Below are positions 9,077 through 18,556 of a stretch of DNA of 64,000 nt, piece by piece; within the stretch, counting starts at the first letter, position 1; each line of letters begins with the position of its first letter. The DNA comes from Candidatus Heimdallarchaeota archaeon (GTDB lineage: Archaea; Asgardarchaeota; Heimdallarchaeia; JABLTI01): contig JABCTZ010000003.1 in NCBI GenBank assembly GCA_018238155.1, positions 1 to 64,000 of the forward strand. The letters are read 5' to 3'. The notes below the pieces were generated by a model. That model was given only the letters and a program-made list of their open reading frames with translations, was not told the DNA's origin and did no database searches. Made by a program: the position numbers and the translations under genes.

Positions 9077-9763
9077 TTGACAGTTGCTGAGCTTTTACGG
9101 GAAGGAAAGGTTTCCCGCTTAATGAAAATAACCGTTCTTGGAACATCGGGATCAGGAAAAACATCCTTTTTACGTTCACTCTTTGGTGATGATTTCGTTG
9201 TTTCAGACGTGAAAAGACAAGATTATCTTGAAGGCAAAGCCAATCTTACTTATACTCCAATTGACGTTGAAGAATCGACAACAACTGTTAGTATGAATCA
9301 ATTAGGTGCTATGGTTATCTTCACTAAAAGCAATCAATTCGAAATTATGGATATTAATGATGGTGTTGACAATCTTCTCTCTCGAGCAGAAGATATCGAT
9401 AGTTTTATGACTTTTTCAATATTTGATACTGCAGGGCAAGAACGCTTTGATTTTATGGCTGATATTTGTCTCAAAGGTTCTGATGCTGTTATTTTGCTTG
9501 CAGATGGTTCCAATGTTTCTTCCATTGAATATCTAAATTATTATATTGAAAAAATTAAGCATGAAGAAATTCGCTCTGGCAAACAAATTCCCGTCATTAT
9601 TTTCATGAATAAAAAAGACCTATCTGAGAAAGGACTTTACTTAGGAGGAGATTTTGCTCGTACAGCAACGAGTAATGAATATGAAGTTTTTGAAACGACG
9701 ATTAAGGATCCCGAATGTTTCCAATTACCATTAAGGATTTTAGTCAATCAAATAAATGATTAA
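9077..9763 (+). CDS. Ras-superfamily small GTPase
   Basis: G1 GTSGSGKT, G2 TTTVS, G3 DTAGQERF, G4 NKKD, G5-like ETTIK. Confidence 0.92.
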   Translation: MTVAELLREGKVSRLMKITVLGTSGSGKTSFLRSLFGDDFVVSDVKRQDYLEGKANLTYTPIDVEESTTTVSMNQLGAMVIFTKSNQFEIMDINDGVDNLLSRAEDIDSFMTFSIFDTAGQERFDFMADICLKGSDAVILLADGSNVSSIEYLNYYIEKIKHEEIRSGKQIPVIIFMNKKDLSEKGLYLGGDFARTATSNEYEVFETTIKDPECFQLPLRILVNQIND

Positions 9764-9879
9764 TAATAATTTTTAGGTTCTAAATTGAGAGAAAATATTA
9801 CTCCTCTCTTCTTTTTATTAAAATGAATGAATGGGCTGCTGCACTTTTTGCACAGCCTGATTATAATCTTGTTTTCTTT

Positions 9880-10326
9880 TTACCAGAAGAATCGAGGCAT
9901 CAACAATAACCCTTCCATAGTGTAAGGGAGTGTTGTTCGATATTCTATTTGCACGTTACTTATCTGTGTTGTTGGATAGCTAAATGCTTGTCTTTTATGC
10001 CTTTCAATATTTGAGAGAGCGTAAAAAGTATATTTCATATTTAGAAGATTCTTTCTTTTAACGATGTCTCCTCTTGTTTGAAGGTCTCTTAGTGCAGAGA
10101 AGAAAAGATAATTACTTAAGCCCTTTACTCGCTTTCCTACTGCTATTCTTATTTCGGAGGATCTCATTAGTCTACAACTAACGAATAAAGTATCCAATAT
10201 AAGTTCTTGAACTCTAATTGTTTTCTTACTTCTCTTTCTTCCTCTAGTTCCCTTCTTCTTTTCTACTGAGAGTCTGATTCTCGCTTCTCGTTCTTTTATT
10301 GAGCTGTTTAGCAATTCAACGATCAA
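9880..10326 (-). CDS. Basic winged-helix-like DNA-binding protein
   Basis: ILDTL...SSEIR...FFSALRDLQTRGDIVKR...FYAL wHTH pattern; K/R-rich N-terminus. Confidence 0.55.
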   Translation of the reverse strand: MIVELLNSSIKEREARIRLSVEKKKGTRGRKRSKKTIRVQELILDTLFVSCRLMRSSEIRIAVGKRVKGLSNYLFFSALRDLQTRGDIVKRKNLLNMKYTFYALSNIERHKRQAFSYPTTQISNVQIEYRTTLPYTMEGLLLMPRFFW

Positions 10327-10723
10327 TTTTTTTCACTGCCTTTTTTCTTATATTAATAATCTAAGATTGAATTAGTTCTTATGTGATGCACATTTGTATT
10401 CCATTTATAAGGTTTTTGCTTTGCAATCTCCCAAGATGGTTGAATATAAACTATCTTAGTTGATATATATTAACCGATATATTATTTATTTCTTTTGTTT
10501 TTATGTTTGGAGTGGGTTTTCAGAGGTTCTTGAGTATTTATGCTTCACGAAAGAAATAGAAACGATATGTGTTAACTTATTTCTTCTTTGGTGTGTAAAA
10601 AAGATTATTATTCACTTTCTAAGATAAAAATACTGTTTTAGTTAATTATTCACCTAAACAGCTATTTTATAATTAATTAGTTGATATCTAGTGATTTAGT
10701 GCATATATTAAGGACTGATTGAA

Positions 10724-11209
10724 TTGCGTCTTCAAACATTTTTTATTGGTGCTTTCGTGATTTTGGTATTAGGTATAATCTTTTCACTTTCTTTTGAAAT
10801 GATAGAATTGATTATTCCATCATTATTTTTCACCGGTGTAGCAGGTGGTGTTTTTGTAGGAATCAAAAGGAAAAGACCAATGACTAATTGCATGTATGAT
10901 GGATTCATTGTTAGCATTCCCACAAGTATATTGCTAGGTTTAGTGCTTGTCCCCTTATTTTGGTTTTATCATGATGTCCAAAGTTTAAACACACCATTCT
11001 GGTCATTTTTCTCCATGGTTTTTTTTGGGGCAATAATGCTCACAGGTATAACTGGTGGACCCATTGGTGGATTAATAACCGGAGTATACTTCCGATATGT
11101 AAAGCAAGATCGTGGTGAAGGAGAGCTATATGAAACCTATTTGGAAGATAAAATGAGTGATGATAAGAAGCAATCTCCTGCAGAGAGAATAGCTGATTTG
11201 GAATCTTAG
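10724..11209 (+). CDS. Four-TM Gly-rich membrane protein (DUF5518-like)
   Basis: Four hydrophobic helices with GG motifs and an acidic tail. Confidence 0.6.
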   Translation: MRLQTFFIGAFVILVLGIIFSLSFEMIELIIPSLFFTGVAGGVFVGIKRKRPMTNCMYDGFIVSIPTSILLGLVLVPLFWFYHDVQSLNTPFWSFFSMVFFGAIMLTGITGGPIGGLITGVYFRYVKQDRGEGELYETYLEDKMSDDKKQSPAERIADLES

Positions 11210-11288
11210 AAGACTTAATTAATACAGTTAATATTGAAAAGCAATTATTTGTAGATAAATGTAAACAAATACTCTCCTGGTATGCTAA

Positions 11289-12383
11289 ATGAACTATTTC
11301 ATTATTCTAACTCGCGCTTGCAATCTTCATTGTAAATATTGTGGAGAAGATGCTTCTTTTGAAGAACCTCCAATTGATATTGCTTATCCTATAGCTGTGT
11401 TGAAATCATTTTTATCTCGAGATGAGAATATAACTATTCAGTTTTATGGTGGAGAACCACTTTTGAGGATCTCTCTCTTAGAAGAGATTATGGATTCAAT
11501 ACCAAATGTACGACATTGGTCTGTGCAAACAAATGCTACTTTTCTTCATAAAGTAAAACCCAAATATCTCAATAAAATGAGTGCTATCCTTGTCTCAATA
11601 GATGGTCGTCAAGAAACAAATGATCTAAATCGTGGAACAGGTAATTATGCAAAAGTACTTGCTAATTCTCGTATTGCTCGAGATAATAACTTCACAGGTG
11701 ATTTAGTAGCTCGAATGGCTGTTTCTGAAGCTGCTGATATATATCAAGAGGTCACTCATCTAGCATTGCTTAAGAATCCAACCTTCAATCATATTCACTG
11801 GCAAATTGATAGCCAATGGGATGACGACCCACATGCACGCTGGAGTGACTTCGATATGTGGGTAGAAACTTCCTATAATCCTGGGATAACTCGCTTAGTC
11901 TCCTGGTGGTTAGAACATTTGAGAAAAGGTCAAGTTTTTGGTTTAGTTCCATTCATTCCATTAATGAAATCTCTACTTTACGATTTATCCAGCACAATTA
12001 GATGTGGTGCAGGTGTAGATTCATTTGCAATAAATCCCAATGGAACGATTTCTGTGTGTCCTATATCTCCCGAGTTCAAATTTTCTCTTGTTGGCGATAT
12101 TAAACAAAGTACTCCAAAATCGATTTACAATTCTATGACTGTTGGAGATCCATGTCCACAATGTGCTGAATTCAAGTATTGTGGTGGCAGGTGTCTGTTC
12201 ATAAACAGGACAAAATTATGGGGTGAAGCAGGTTTTACAAAAGTGTGCGGAACAGTGAAACATCTCCTCAAAGAGCTAAGAGGAATAAAGGAAGAAGTTT
12301 TACTTTTAATTGACAAAGGGATTATTTCTAAGGAAGATTTTGATTATCCCGGCTATAATAATGGATGCGAAATAATACCTTGA
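11289..12383 (+). CDS. Radical SAM/SPASM protein (TIGR04084/AF0577-like)
   Basis: CNLHCKYC, FYGGEPLL, CGAG, CP..CPQC...CGGRC and C-terminal CEIIP. Confidence 0.88.
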   Translation: MNYFIILTRACNLHCKYCGEDASFEEPPIDIAYPIAVLKSFLSRDENITIQFYGGEPLLRISLLEEIMDSIPNVRHWSVQTNATFLHKVKPKYLNKMSAILVSIDGRQETNDLNRGTGNYAKVLANSRIARDNNFTGDLVARMAVSEAADIYQEVTHLALLKNPTFNHIHWQIDSQWDDDPHARWSDFDMWVETSYNPGITRLVSWWLEHLRKGQVFGLVPFIPLMKSLLYDLSSTIRCGAGVDSFAINPNGTISVCPISPEFKFSLVGDIKQSTPKSIYNSMTVGDPCPQCAEFKYCGGRCLFINRTKLWGEAGFTKVCGTVKHLLKELRGIKEEVLLLIDKGIISKEDFDYPGYNNGCEIIP

Positions 12384-12431
12384 TCTATTTTGGTCAATTG
12401 GTTGACTGTGGTAAACATTTCTAATTTCATT

Positions 12432-13409
12432 TCAAACTGCTTTTTTACTATTAATAACATTCAAAATAGTTTCAGCTAAATCTTTTCTTTCTTGTTGTGT
12501 TTTCAGTGAAATATTTGCACAAATAGCTTTAATTCCCAGTTTGGCTATTTCTGGAATTAACTTCTTATCATTTTCACTTATGATAATAATATCGAGAAAA
12601 TCTTTGTATAGTTTTGCTATCCCATAAGCATTGGGTTGATACTGCAATGCTTTCATTAATTTCGCTGCCGGACCACTAAAAGCCGATTCACCTCTAAAAG
12701 GTGCCACTGCGATAATTGTAGCTTGTGTTTTTATTAATGCCGTTTTTAATTCTTTAATAGCTAACATGGGTCCGATACTGGTAATAGGGTTGCTTGGTCC
12801 AATTATAATAGTAGAACTATTAACTAAAGTTTTTTTTATTTCTGAAGTAATAGTAGCTTTTTCTGCACCTTCATATTCAACTTTAACTATTATTGGTCTC
12901 TCCTTCAACTTAACAGTATAATTTTGAAAACTATGTTTAGTGTTGAGTGAATCATATAACATTGTCCTGACTGGGTCATTTGACATTGGAATAATTTTTG
13001 CTTTTATATCCAATCTACAGCAAATCTCTGATATACTCTCTGTTAGTGTCCACCCCTTAGTTATAAGTTCATTTCTCAATAAATGTAAACCAAGATCCTT
13101 GTCGCCAAGTTGGAACCAAATTTCTTCTTTCATTGTTGTCAGTTGCTTCATAGCAGTGAAGGATTCATTTTCTAGTCCCCAGAATTTCTCCAAATCTAAA
13201 GTTCCAGCGAAAAGATAGATTAGCGTGTCAATATCCGGTGAAACTAATAAGCCATAAAATTCATCATCATCTCCCGTATTTCCAATAATTGTTAGGGATT
13301 CATCAAGCATAAACTCCCTCAAACCCAGAATCAATTTTGGTGTTCCTGTTCCTCCCGATAGCAGTACTATTTTTCTATCATCCTTACTAGGTATTATACT
13401 CACTTCCAA
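12432..13409 (-). CDS. cofD: 2-phospho-L-lactate transferase (F420 biosynthesis)
   Basis: LSGGTGTPKL, NTGDD, SPDIDT, LGDKD and GPSNPITSIGP motifs. Confidence 0.93.
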   Translation of the reverse strand: MEVSIIPSKDDRKIVLLSGGTGTPKLILGLREFMLDESLTIIGNTGDDDEFYGLLVSPDIDTLIYLFAGTLDLEKFWGLENESFTAMKQLTTMKEEIWFQLGDKDLGLHLLRNELITKGWTLTESISEICCRLDIKAKIIPMSNDPVRTMLYDSLNTKHSFQNYTVKLKERPIIVKVEYEGAEKATITSEIKKTLVNSSTIIIGPSNPITSIGPMLAIKELKTALIKTQATIIAVAPFRGESAFSGPAAKLMKALQYQPNAYGIAKLYKDFLDIIIISENDKKLIPEIAKLGIKAICANISLKTQQERKDLAETILNVINSKKAV

Positions 13410-13504
13410 TCAGCTATGTTAAAACAATACTAATAAATATTAATCTAGTTTTTAATTAATTGATTCACATTCCTGAGTGCAGTACAAATAGGGAGATTCA
13501 TTAA

Positions 13505-14320
13505 ATGCCCCCCAAAAAAAACCAACAAGACACCGAACCTACTGATTTAGTAGTTACATCAACCATATCTTCAAATTCAGAACAAAAACAAGAAAAACAA
13601 AATATTAGCCTGCCTTCTGAACAAAGTTCTCCAACAAAAAAAGAAAAACTAAAAGCCAATATGAAAACTGTTGTTGGTACTTTTAAATTACTTTTTTCGT
13701 GGAATATAATTTCTATGTCACTCGCACATCATCCGGAATGCGAAACTTTCAATAATCATGTTTTTAAAATTGGTAAAATCCGTCTCTGTAGAGGTTGTAC
13801 ATTGAGTTATCCGCCAATGTATACTTTAGTTTTGATTCTAATATTCTGGTTTGATGCAAGGAATTTTCTTACCGAAACAAGATTATGGATTCCTAATCTT
13901 TGGTGGTTTACTATTGGGTTTGGTGTTGCAGGAGCATTAGCATTACTATTGCGAAAAAATTCTCTTTTCATTAATGATATCTATAAATTTAGTCGAGGCG
14001 TATTCGCCGGATTTTTAATTACAATTATTTTAACACAACATTGGGGATTTAAAATTGGTGCTGGTGCTGTTCTTATAGGTGCAATAGCTTTTCTAAGCCT
14101 TCATCGAGGAAAAGATATGGAGAAAACTTGTGAAGAATGTGAATGGAACGCTAATTATGATGAGTGCCCCGGTTGGAAAGATATTACACAATCATTCAGT
14201 AAAATACAATTATATACTCAACCGTCTCCCAAACAAAAAACAAGTACAGCATTCATGAAAGAGCAACAAGTAAAAAATGAAGAAAAATCTGAGGAACATC
14301 AAATAGACGATACTTGTTAA
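13505..14320 (+). CDS. Membrane protein with Cys/His metal-binding motifs
   Basis: HHPEC..H..CRGC before about 4 TM helices and CEEC..C after them. Confidence 0.65.
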   Translation: MPPKKNQQDTEPTDLVVTSTISSNSEQKQEKQNISLPSEQSSPTKKEKLKANMKTVVGTFKLLFSWNIISMSLAHHPECETFNNHVFKIGKIRLCRGCTLSYPPMYTLVLILIFWFDARNFLTETRLWIPNLWWFTIGFGVAGALALLLRKNSLFINDIYKFSRGVFAGFLITIILTQHWGFKIGAGAVLIGAIAFLSLHRGKDMEKTCEECEWNANYDECPGWKDITQSFSKIQLYTQPSPKQKTSTAFMKEQQVKNEEKSEEHQIDDTC

Positions 14321-14329
14321 TCTTTTTGA

Positions 14330-14581
14330 TCATTTTCTTCCTGTTGTTAGTGCCCATTCTAAAAGCTCTCTTCGCTTTAACTCTCGAGAATAAAGCCCTT
14401 CCTTCAAAAGGTTTTTTTGAGAATTTATATCTAATTTGTTTACTGATGCTTCTTCATTTCTATTTGCTTTTCTTGCTTTTAATAAGGCATCACGTAGTTC
14501 ACTGTTTGACATGCTTTTTGCTTTAAGAACAAGCTGCCTTTCAAAACCCTCAATAAACTCGTTCTGGAATTTTTCATTCAA
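14330..14581 (-). CDS. Small hypothetical helical protein
   Basis: 83 aa charged ORF with protein-like composition, convergent with the previous gene. Confidence 0.55.
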   Translation of the reverse strand: MNEKFQNEFIEGFERQLVLKAKSMSNSELRDALLKARKANRNEEASVNKLDINSQKNLLKEGLYSRELKRRELLEWALTTGRK

Positions 14582-14825
14582 GATGCTAACCTGTTTACAT
14601 TTTCATATAATATATTTAGTGTTAAGATTATTTATTCCTTGGTTATAATTTATCTAAAATTACTCTTTAATATGTTATACAATTAAATAACTATACTAAT
14701 TCAATTACTGTTATGCCTCCAGATTTGGAGTGGAAATTGCCCCTAGAAACATTTTTAAACATTCTAACTATTTTAGAATAAAAGTCAATTAAAGACTATA
14801 AATACTCTTTTTTAATAATGACAAA

Positions 14826-14900
14826 ACTTTTTTAAATGACAATGTAAACTAATTAGTTTAGTGCTCTAAACCTTTGGGCACTAGATTCGCAAGAATCTAG
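14826..14900 (+). promoter_or_regulatory. TATA box, 16-bp palindrome and two leader hairpins upstream of the SBP gene
   Basis: tttttaaat; TAAACTAATTAGTTTA at 14845-14860; tagtgctc..gggcacta; CTAGATTC-GCAA-GAATCTAG at 14881-14900. Confidence 0.6.
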
Positions 14901-14942
14901 ACTATTATAAGGTTGAACCGAAATATTTTTGGTGATCACCTA

Positions 14943-16808
14943 ATGAAAATGAATAAAGTTAAAACCACAATTCTTGTAGGTGTTATTCTATCACTATTTG
15001 CAGTTAGTTCATTCGCTGTACAACCAGCAAAAACTGACGCTATTGACCCATTCTTTACTTTGGTGTTCAAGACAAATGGTGGAGGAGTTAGACCAGATTA
15101 TGGAAACTTCCTCAAACAACATTTAGCAAGAATAGGTATAAACGTTGATGTTATTGTACAAGATTGGCCAACTTTTGTTGGTGAATTGATCGCTTACCGT
15201 GATTTCGATATTTGTTATGTCGCTCTCTCTGGTGGCGGTGCAGATCCAGACTTTTCTGGTATCTATAACGAAAATGGTTCTCTAAACTTGTTCGGTTACC
15301 ATACCGATATGGATTACAATGAAACCCTCGGTACAGGTTTGAACGAATGGTACATGAAGCAAGGCAATTTAATTATGCCTCCTGACAGTACTGAAAGAGT
15401 AACACATTACTGGAACTGGGAACAATATTTAATGGATAAAATCCTCCCATGTCAACCAACATTCGCTCCAAAAGTATTCACCGCTCTATGGTCAACATTA
15501 GAGGGTTATAGTCTAGTAGATGGCTTAACAAACTCATGGGGTAAAATGGGCTTCACCGGTCTTCATGCTGGTCAAATTAAAACTACAGAAATAGTTACAA
15601 CTGACGCAGCTTGGTCAGATCTTAACCCATTGTTCCAAGATGATGCTTCATCTAGCACCATCAGTTCAGCTACAATGGATACTTTGATTTACTATGACGC
15701 TGATTTAAGCGTTCATCCACATTTAGCAAAAAGCTATACATTCCTCAATGATACAACCATTGAAATCGAGACTCGCACAGGAATCAAATGGCAAGACTCT
15801 CCAGATGGTCATACAGGTTATACCTTCGATGCTGAAGATGTTTACTTCACTATCTCTGCTTGGGCAACCGTTTCTAATGATGTAGCCAATTATGATTGGA
15901 TTAAGAAATTAGAATTAGTTGATTCAACACATGTAAAACTTTACATTGATGGTGACCCAGACACTGATGTAAATGATGCTTTCGCACCAGCTATTACTTA
16001 CTTAGCTACAAGAATTCTACCAGAGCATTACTTGAACCAAACACAATTACCAGATGGAATTACTCCAGACATTACACATGCTTCATGGAATAAATTCGCA
16101 ACAAGCTGTTTCGGAACCGGTCTATTCGAACTTGGTACCTTCACTGAAGGTGTTGAAACCGAATTAGATGTTTTCGCCGATTGCTGGATGTTAGATGCCG
16201 CAGTAGACAAAACAGGTATGGATTTCGTTAACAGATTTGGTGACTTCACAGGAGGATTAGACTCTTGGAGAATCAGAATTATACCCGATCAACAAACCGC
16301 TCTATTAGAATTTGAGGTAGGCAAAGTTGATATTGAAGGAATTACTCAATTCCCAGTGAGACGTGATGAAATGATCGCTGATCCAGACTTTGATGTCCAA
16401 AATGATACACAATTCTATTTTGGTTTCTTCGGATATAACATGCGCCCAGTCAGATTAGATATTGGTAGTGCAGCAGTCGCTCCTGGTGACTCTTCAATGA
16501 CAAAAGGTTTAGCAATCAGAAAAGCTATTTCTTACGCTCTTGACAGAGTTGAAATCAATAATGTTATTCACAAAGGTGAATTCACCTTGACAGATCACCC
16601 AATCTACTTGAAGATGGGAATTTGGTGTAATCCAAACATTATTCGATACAACCACGATCTTGACAAAGCACGAGAATACATGGCCAAAGCAGGTTATACA
16701 ATTCCTACTACAACAATTCCAACTCCTGGATTTGGTTTATTAATTACACTCGTTTCAATAATGACTGTAGCATCCGCTTCATTCCTTATTGTTAAGAAGA
16801 GAAAGTAA
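14943..16808 (+). CDS. Family-5 (DppA/OppA-like) ABC substrate-binding protein, circularly permuted, with PGF-type C-terminal anchor
   Basis: LNP, LAKSY, IKWQD..FDAEDVYFT, GTG.F and IRKAISYALDR motifs; TPGF-TM-KKRK tail. Start placed at the ATG after ggtga. Confidence 0.88.
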   Translation: MKMNKVKTTILVGVILSLFAVSSFAVQPAKTDAIDPFFTLVFKTNGGGVRPDYGNFLKQHLARIGINVDVIVQDWPTFVGELIAYRDFDICYVALSGGGADPDFSGIYNENGSLNLFGYHTDMDYNETLGTGLNEWYMKQGNLIMPPDSTERVTHYWNWEQYLMDKILPCQPTFAPKVFTALWSTLEGYSLVDGLTNSWGKMGFTGLHAGQIKTTEIVTTDAAWSDLNPLFQDDASSSTISSATMDTLIYYDADLSVHPHLAKSYTFLNDTTIEIETRTGIKWQDSPDGHTGYTFDAEDVYFTISAWATVSNDVANYDWIKKLELVDSTHVKLYIDGDPDTDVNDAFAPAITYLATRILPEHYLNQTQLPDGITPDITHASWNKFATSCFGTGLFELGTFTEGVETELDVFADCWMLDAAVDKTGMDFVNRFGDFTGGLDSWRIRIIPDQQTALLEFEVGKVDIEGITQFPVRRDEMIADPDFDVQNDTQFYFGFFGYNMRPVRLDIGSAAVAPGDSSMTKGLAIRKAISYALDRVEINNVIHKGEFTLTDHPIYLKMGIWCNPNIIRYNHDLDKAREYMAKAGYTIPTTTIPTPGFGLLITLVSIMTVASASFLIVKKRK

Positions 16809-16829
16809 TTTCCCGATATAACTTAACTT

Positions 16830-16870
16830 GCGGCAGGTTTTAACCTGCTGCCTGTTTATTCTTTTTTAAT
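16830..16870 (+). terminator. Stem-loop plus T-tract terminator
   Basis: gcggcaggtt-tt-aacctgctgc followed by tttattctttttt. Confidence 0.65.
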
Positions 16871-16967
16871 TAATTCCACGAAAATGAGCTAAAATGCTAA
16901 TTTTTGCAACTTCAAGAAAGATTTAAAACCAGATAATCCTTTGAAAAAAAGTATCATTAAATTATTT

Positions 16968-17045
16968 GCCCCAATGGTGTAGTTCGGTCAATCATTACAG
17001 CCTTTCGAGTTGTAGACTCGGGTTCAAATCCCGGTTGGGGCACCA
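16968..17045 (+). tRNA. tRNA-Glu(TTC)
   Basis: GCCCCAATGGTGTAG...ACAGC-CTTTCGA-GTTGT...GGTTCAAATCC...GGGGCACCA. Confidence 0.96.
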
Positions 17046-17102
17046 ATTCATTCTTAGAAAGTTTTTTTATTCTGATAGCGAATATTTTTTCGGTGATTAT
17101 AG

Positions 17103-17483
17103 ATGAGTAAGCTAGAAGTTTATCCTCTTATGTTTAAAATCGAAGGTATTGGAGTAGCAGAAGGTGAGCTATATAGAATTAAAGCTCCACATACTGCAGA
17201 GGAAATTTGGTATGCATTACCTATAACAAGTCGTATTCGTTCACAAGATAACGCCCATGCATATTTCCAAGTTAATTTTCAAGTCAAAGCTGAGAGACCA
17301 ACACAAAATGTGAAACCGGGAGAAATCTGTTATGCCCCTATGGGTAAGACAATTCATATAATATATGATGATGTTCGTCCATATCAAGAAATGAATATTG
17401 TAGGGAAAATAACTAAGGGTTTAGAGATATTCAAAGAATTGAAGTTATCAAAAATGATTGTTGTTGGGAAAAGAGAGAAGTAA
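17103..17483 (+). CDS. Cyclophilin-like fold protein (DUF369/UPF0288-like)
   Basis: APHTAE.I..ALP, V.PGEICY.P.G..I.I and N.VGKI motifs. Confidence 0.78.
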   Translation: MSKLEVYPLMFKIEGIGVAEGELYRIKAPHTAEEIWYALPITSRIRSQDNAHAYFQVNFQVKAERPTQNVKPGEICYAPMGKTIHIIYDDVRPYQEMNIVGKITKGLEIFKELKLSKMIVVGKREK

Positions 17484-17504
17484 TTATATGAAAAGCATTG
17501 CTAA

Positions 17505-17705
17505 TCATTTTTGCATGCTTTTCCAGATGCCTAAGCCACATTTAGTACATTCGATTTTTTGCTGATCACCATTTTTTGACCAAAAAATTTTGATGATAAG
17601 TTGTTCTCCGCATCCGCCACATTTCTCTTGAATATTTTGAGTTTCAATTAAAACCAGATCTTTTTCATCTACTTTAGAATCTTTTGTGAACATTTTTTTC
17701 TCCAA
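17505..17705 (-). CDS. Small zinc-ribbon protein
   Basis: CGGCG...CTKCG. Confidence 0.7.
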   Translation of the reverse strand: MEKKMFTKDSKVDEKDLVLIETQNIQEKCGGCGEQLIIKIFWSKNGDQQKIECTKCGLGIWKSMQK

Positions 17706-17762
17706 CCATTAATAGATTGATTAGAAATTAAAGAATAATTGGAGTTTATCCAATTATTTTCA

Positions 17763-18494
17763 TTACATATATAATGTTTCTGAAGAAAGAGCAATACAGC
17801 CATCTCCTGATAACAAAAATGGTCTGCGAACAAGTTCGTGATTTATTCCTCTCATCTTTCTAATGTAAATGCTTCTCATCAATCTTTGATTGACTTCTTG
17901 AATGTCTAATACAATAACACCTGAAGCCATGAATTCTTCTACTCCATAACGAGAAATTTCACCACTCTGGCTCATTTCGCTTGTAACAATTGTAGTACAT
18001 TTTAAACTGGACATAACTGCACTCAATTTCAGAATTTCCTTTCTAATTCTAAGCTCACTTTCAAGGGAAATTGCTAATGCAGTTAATGAATCAATAACAA
18101 CTCGTTCTGCTCCTAATTCATCAATAAGAGCAATGAGTGTTGTTAGGAGATCATCAATTTCAAGTCGGATGCTATATTTCTCTTTTGAGGCAACACCTGC
18201 TCTCATTGAAAATCCGTCAACTAAAGCTAACAGGTTTTCTTTCTCCAAGCTTTGGATTCTCCAACCGTAACTAGCAAAATTTTGTCTCACAGTTTTTGGA
18301 TTTTCATCAAAAGTAACATAGATTCCTGGGTCTCCATAATCTAAAACCCCTTTGTAAATAAATTGTGTAGCAAGAGTTGTTTTCCCTGCACCTGCCGGTC
18401 CACTTAAGAGTATAGTTCTACCTTTTGGTAGACCACCATTTAGCATTTTATCTAAGCCTGGGATACCTGTTTTTACTCTGGAAATTTGGCTCAT
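17763..18494 (-). CDS. Single-domain KaiC/RAD55-family ATPase
   Basis: TGIPGLD, GPAGAGKT, RVVIDSL, GVEEF and KMRG motifs. Confidence 0.92.
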   Translation of the reverse strand: MSQISRVKTGIPGLDKMLNGGLPKGRTILLSGPAGAGKTTLATQFIYKGVLDYGDPGIYVTFDENPKTVRQNFASYGWRIQSLEKENLLALVDGFSMRAGVASKEKYSIRLEIDDLLTTLIALIDELGAERVVIDSLTALAISLESELRIRKEILKLSAVMSSLKCTTIVTSEMSQSGEISRYGVEEFMASGVIVLDIQEVNQRLMRSIYIRKMRGINHELVRRPFLLSGDGCIALSSETLYM

Positions 18495-18556
18495 ATTTTA
18501 TCTCCTTGATTCGTATAATTTATTAACATAAAATTATTTTGGATTATGCTATTTTG

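Noticed and set aside
14716-14750. ORB replication-origin box
   Set aside because: There is only a partial GTGGAAA match, as a single copy with no G-string and no cdc6/orc1 nearby.
17763-18494. Circadian clock KaiC
   Set aside because: It is a single-domain archaeal KaiC-like ATPase with no kaiA/kaiB nearby.
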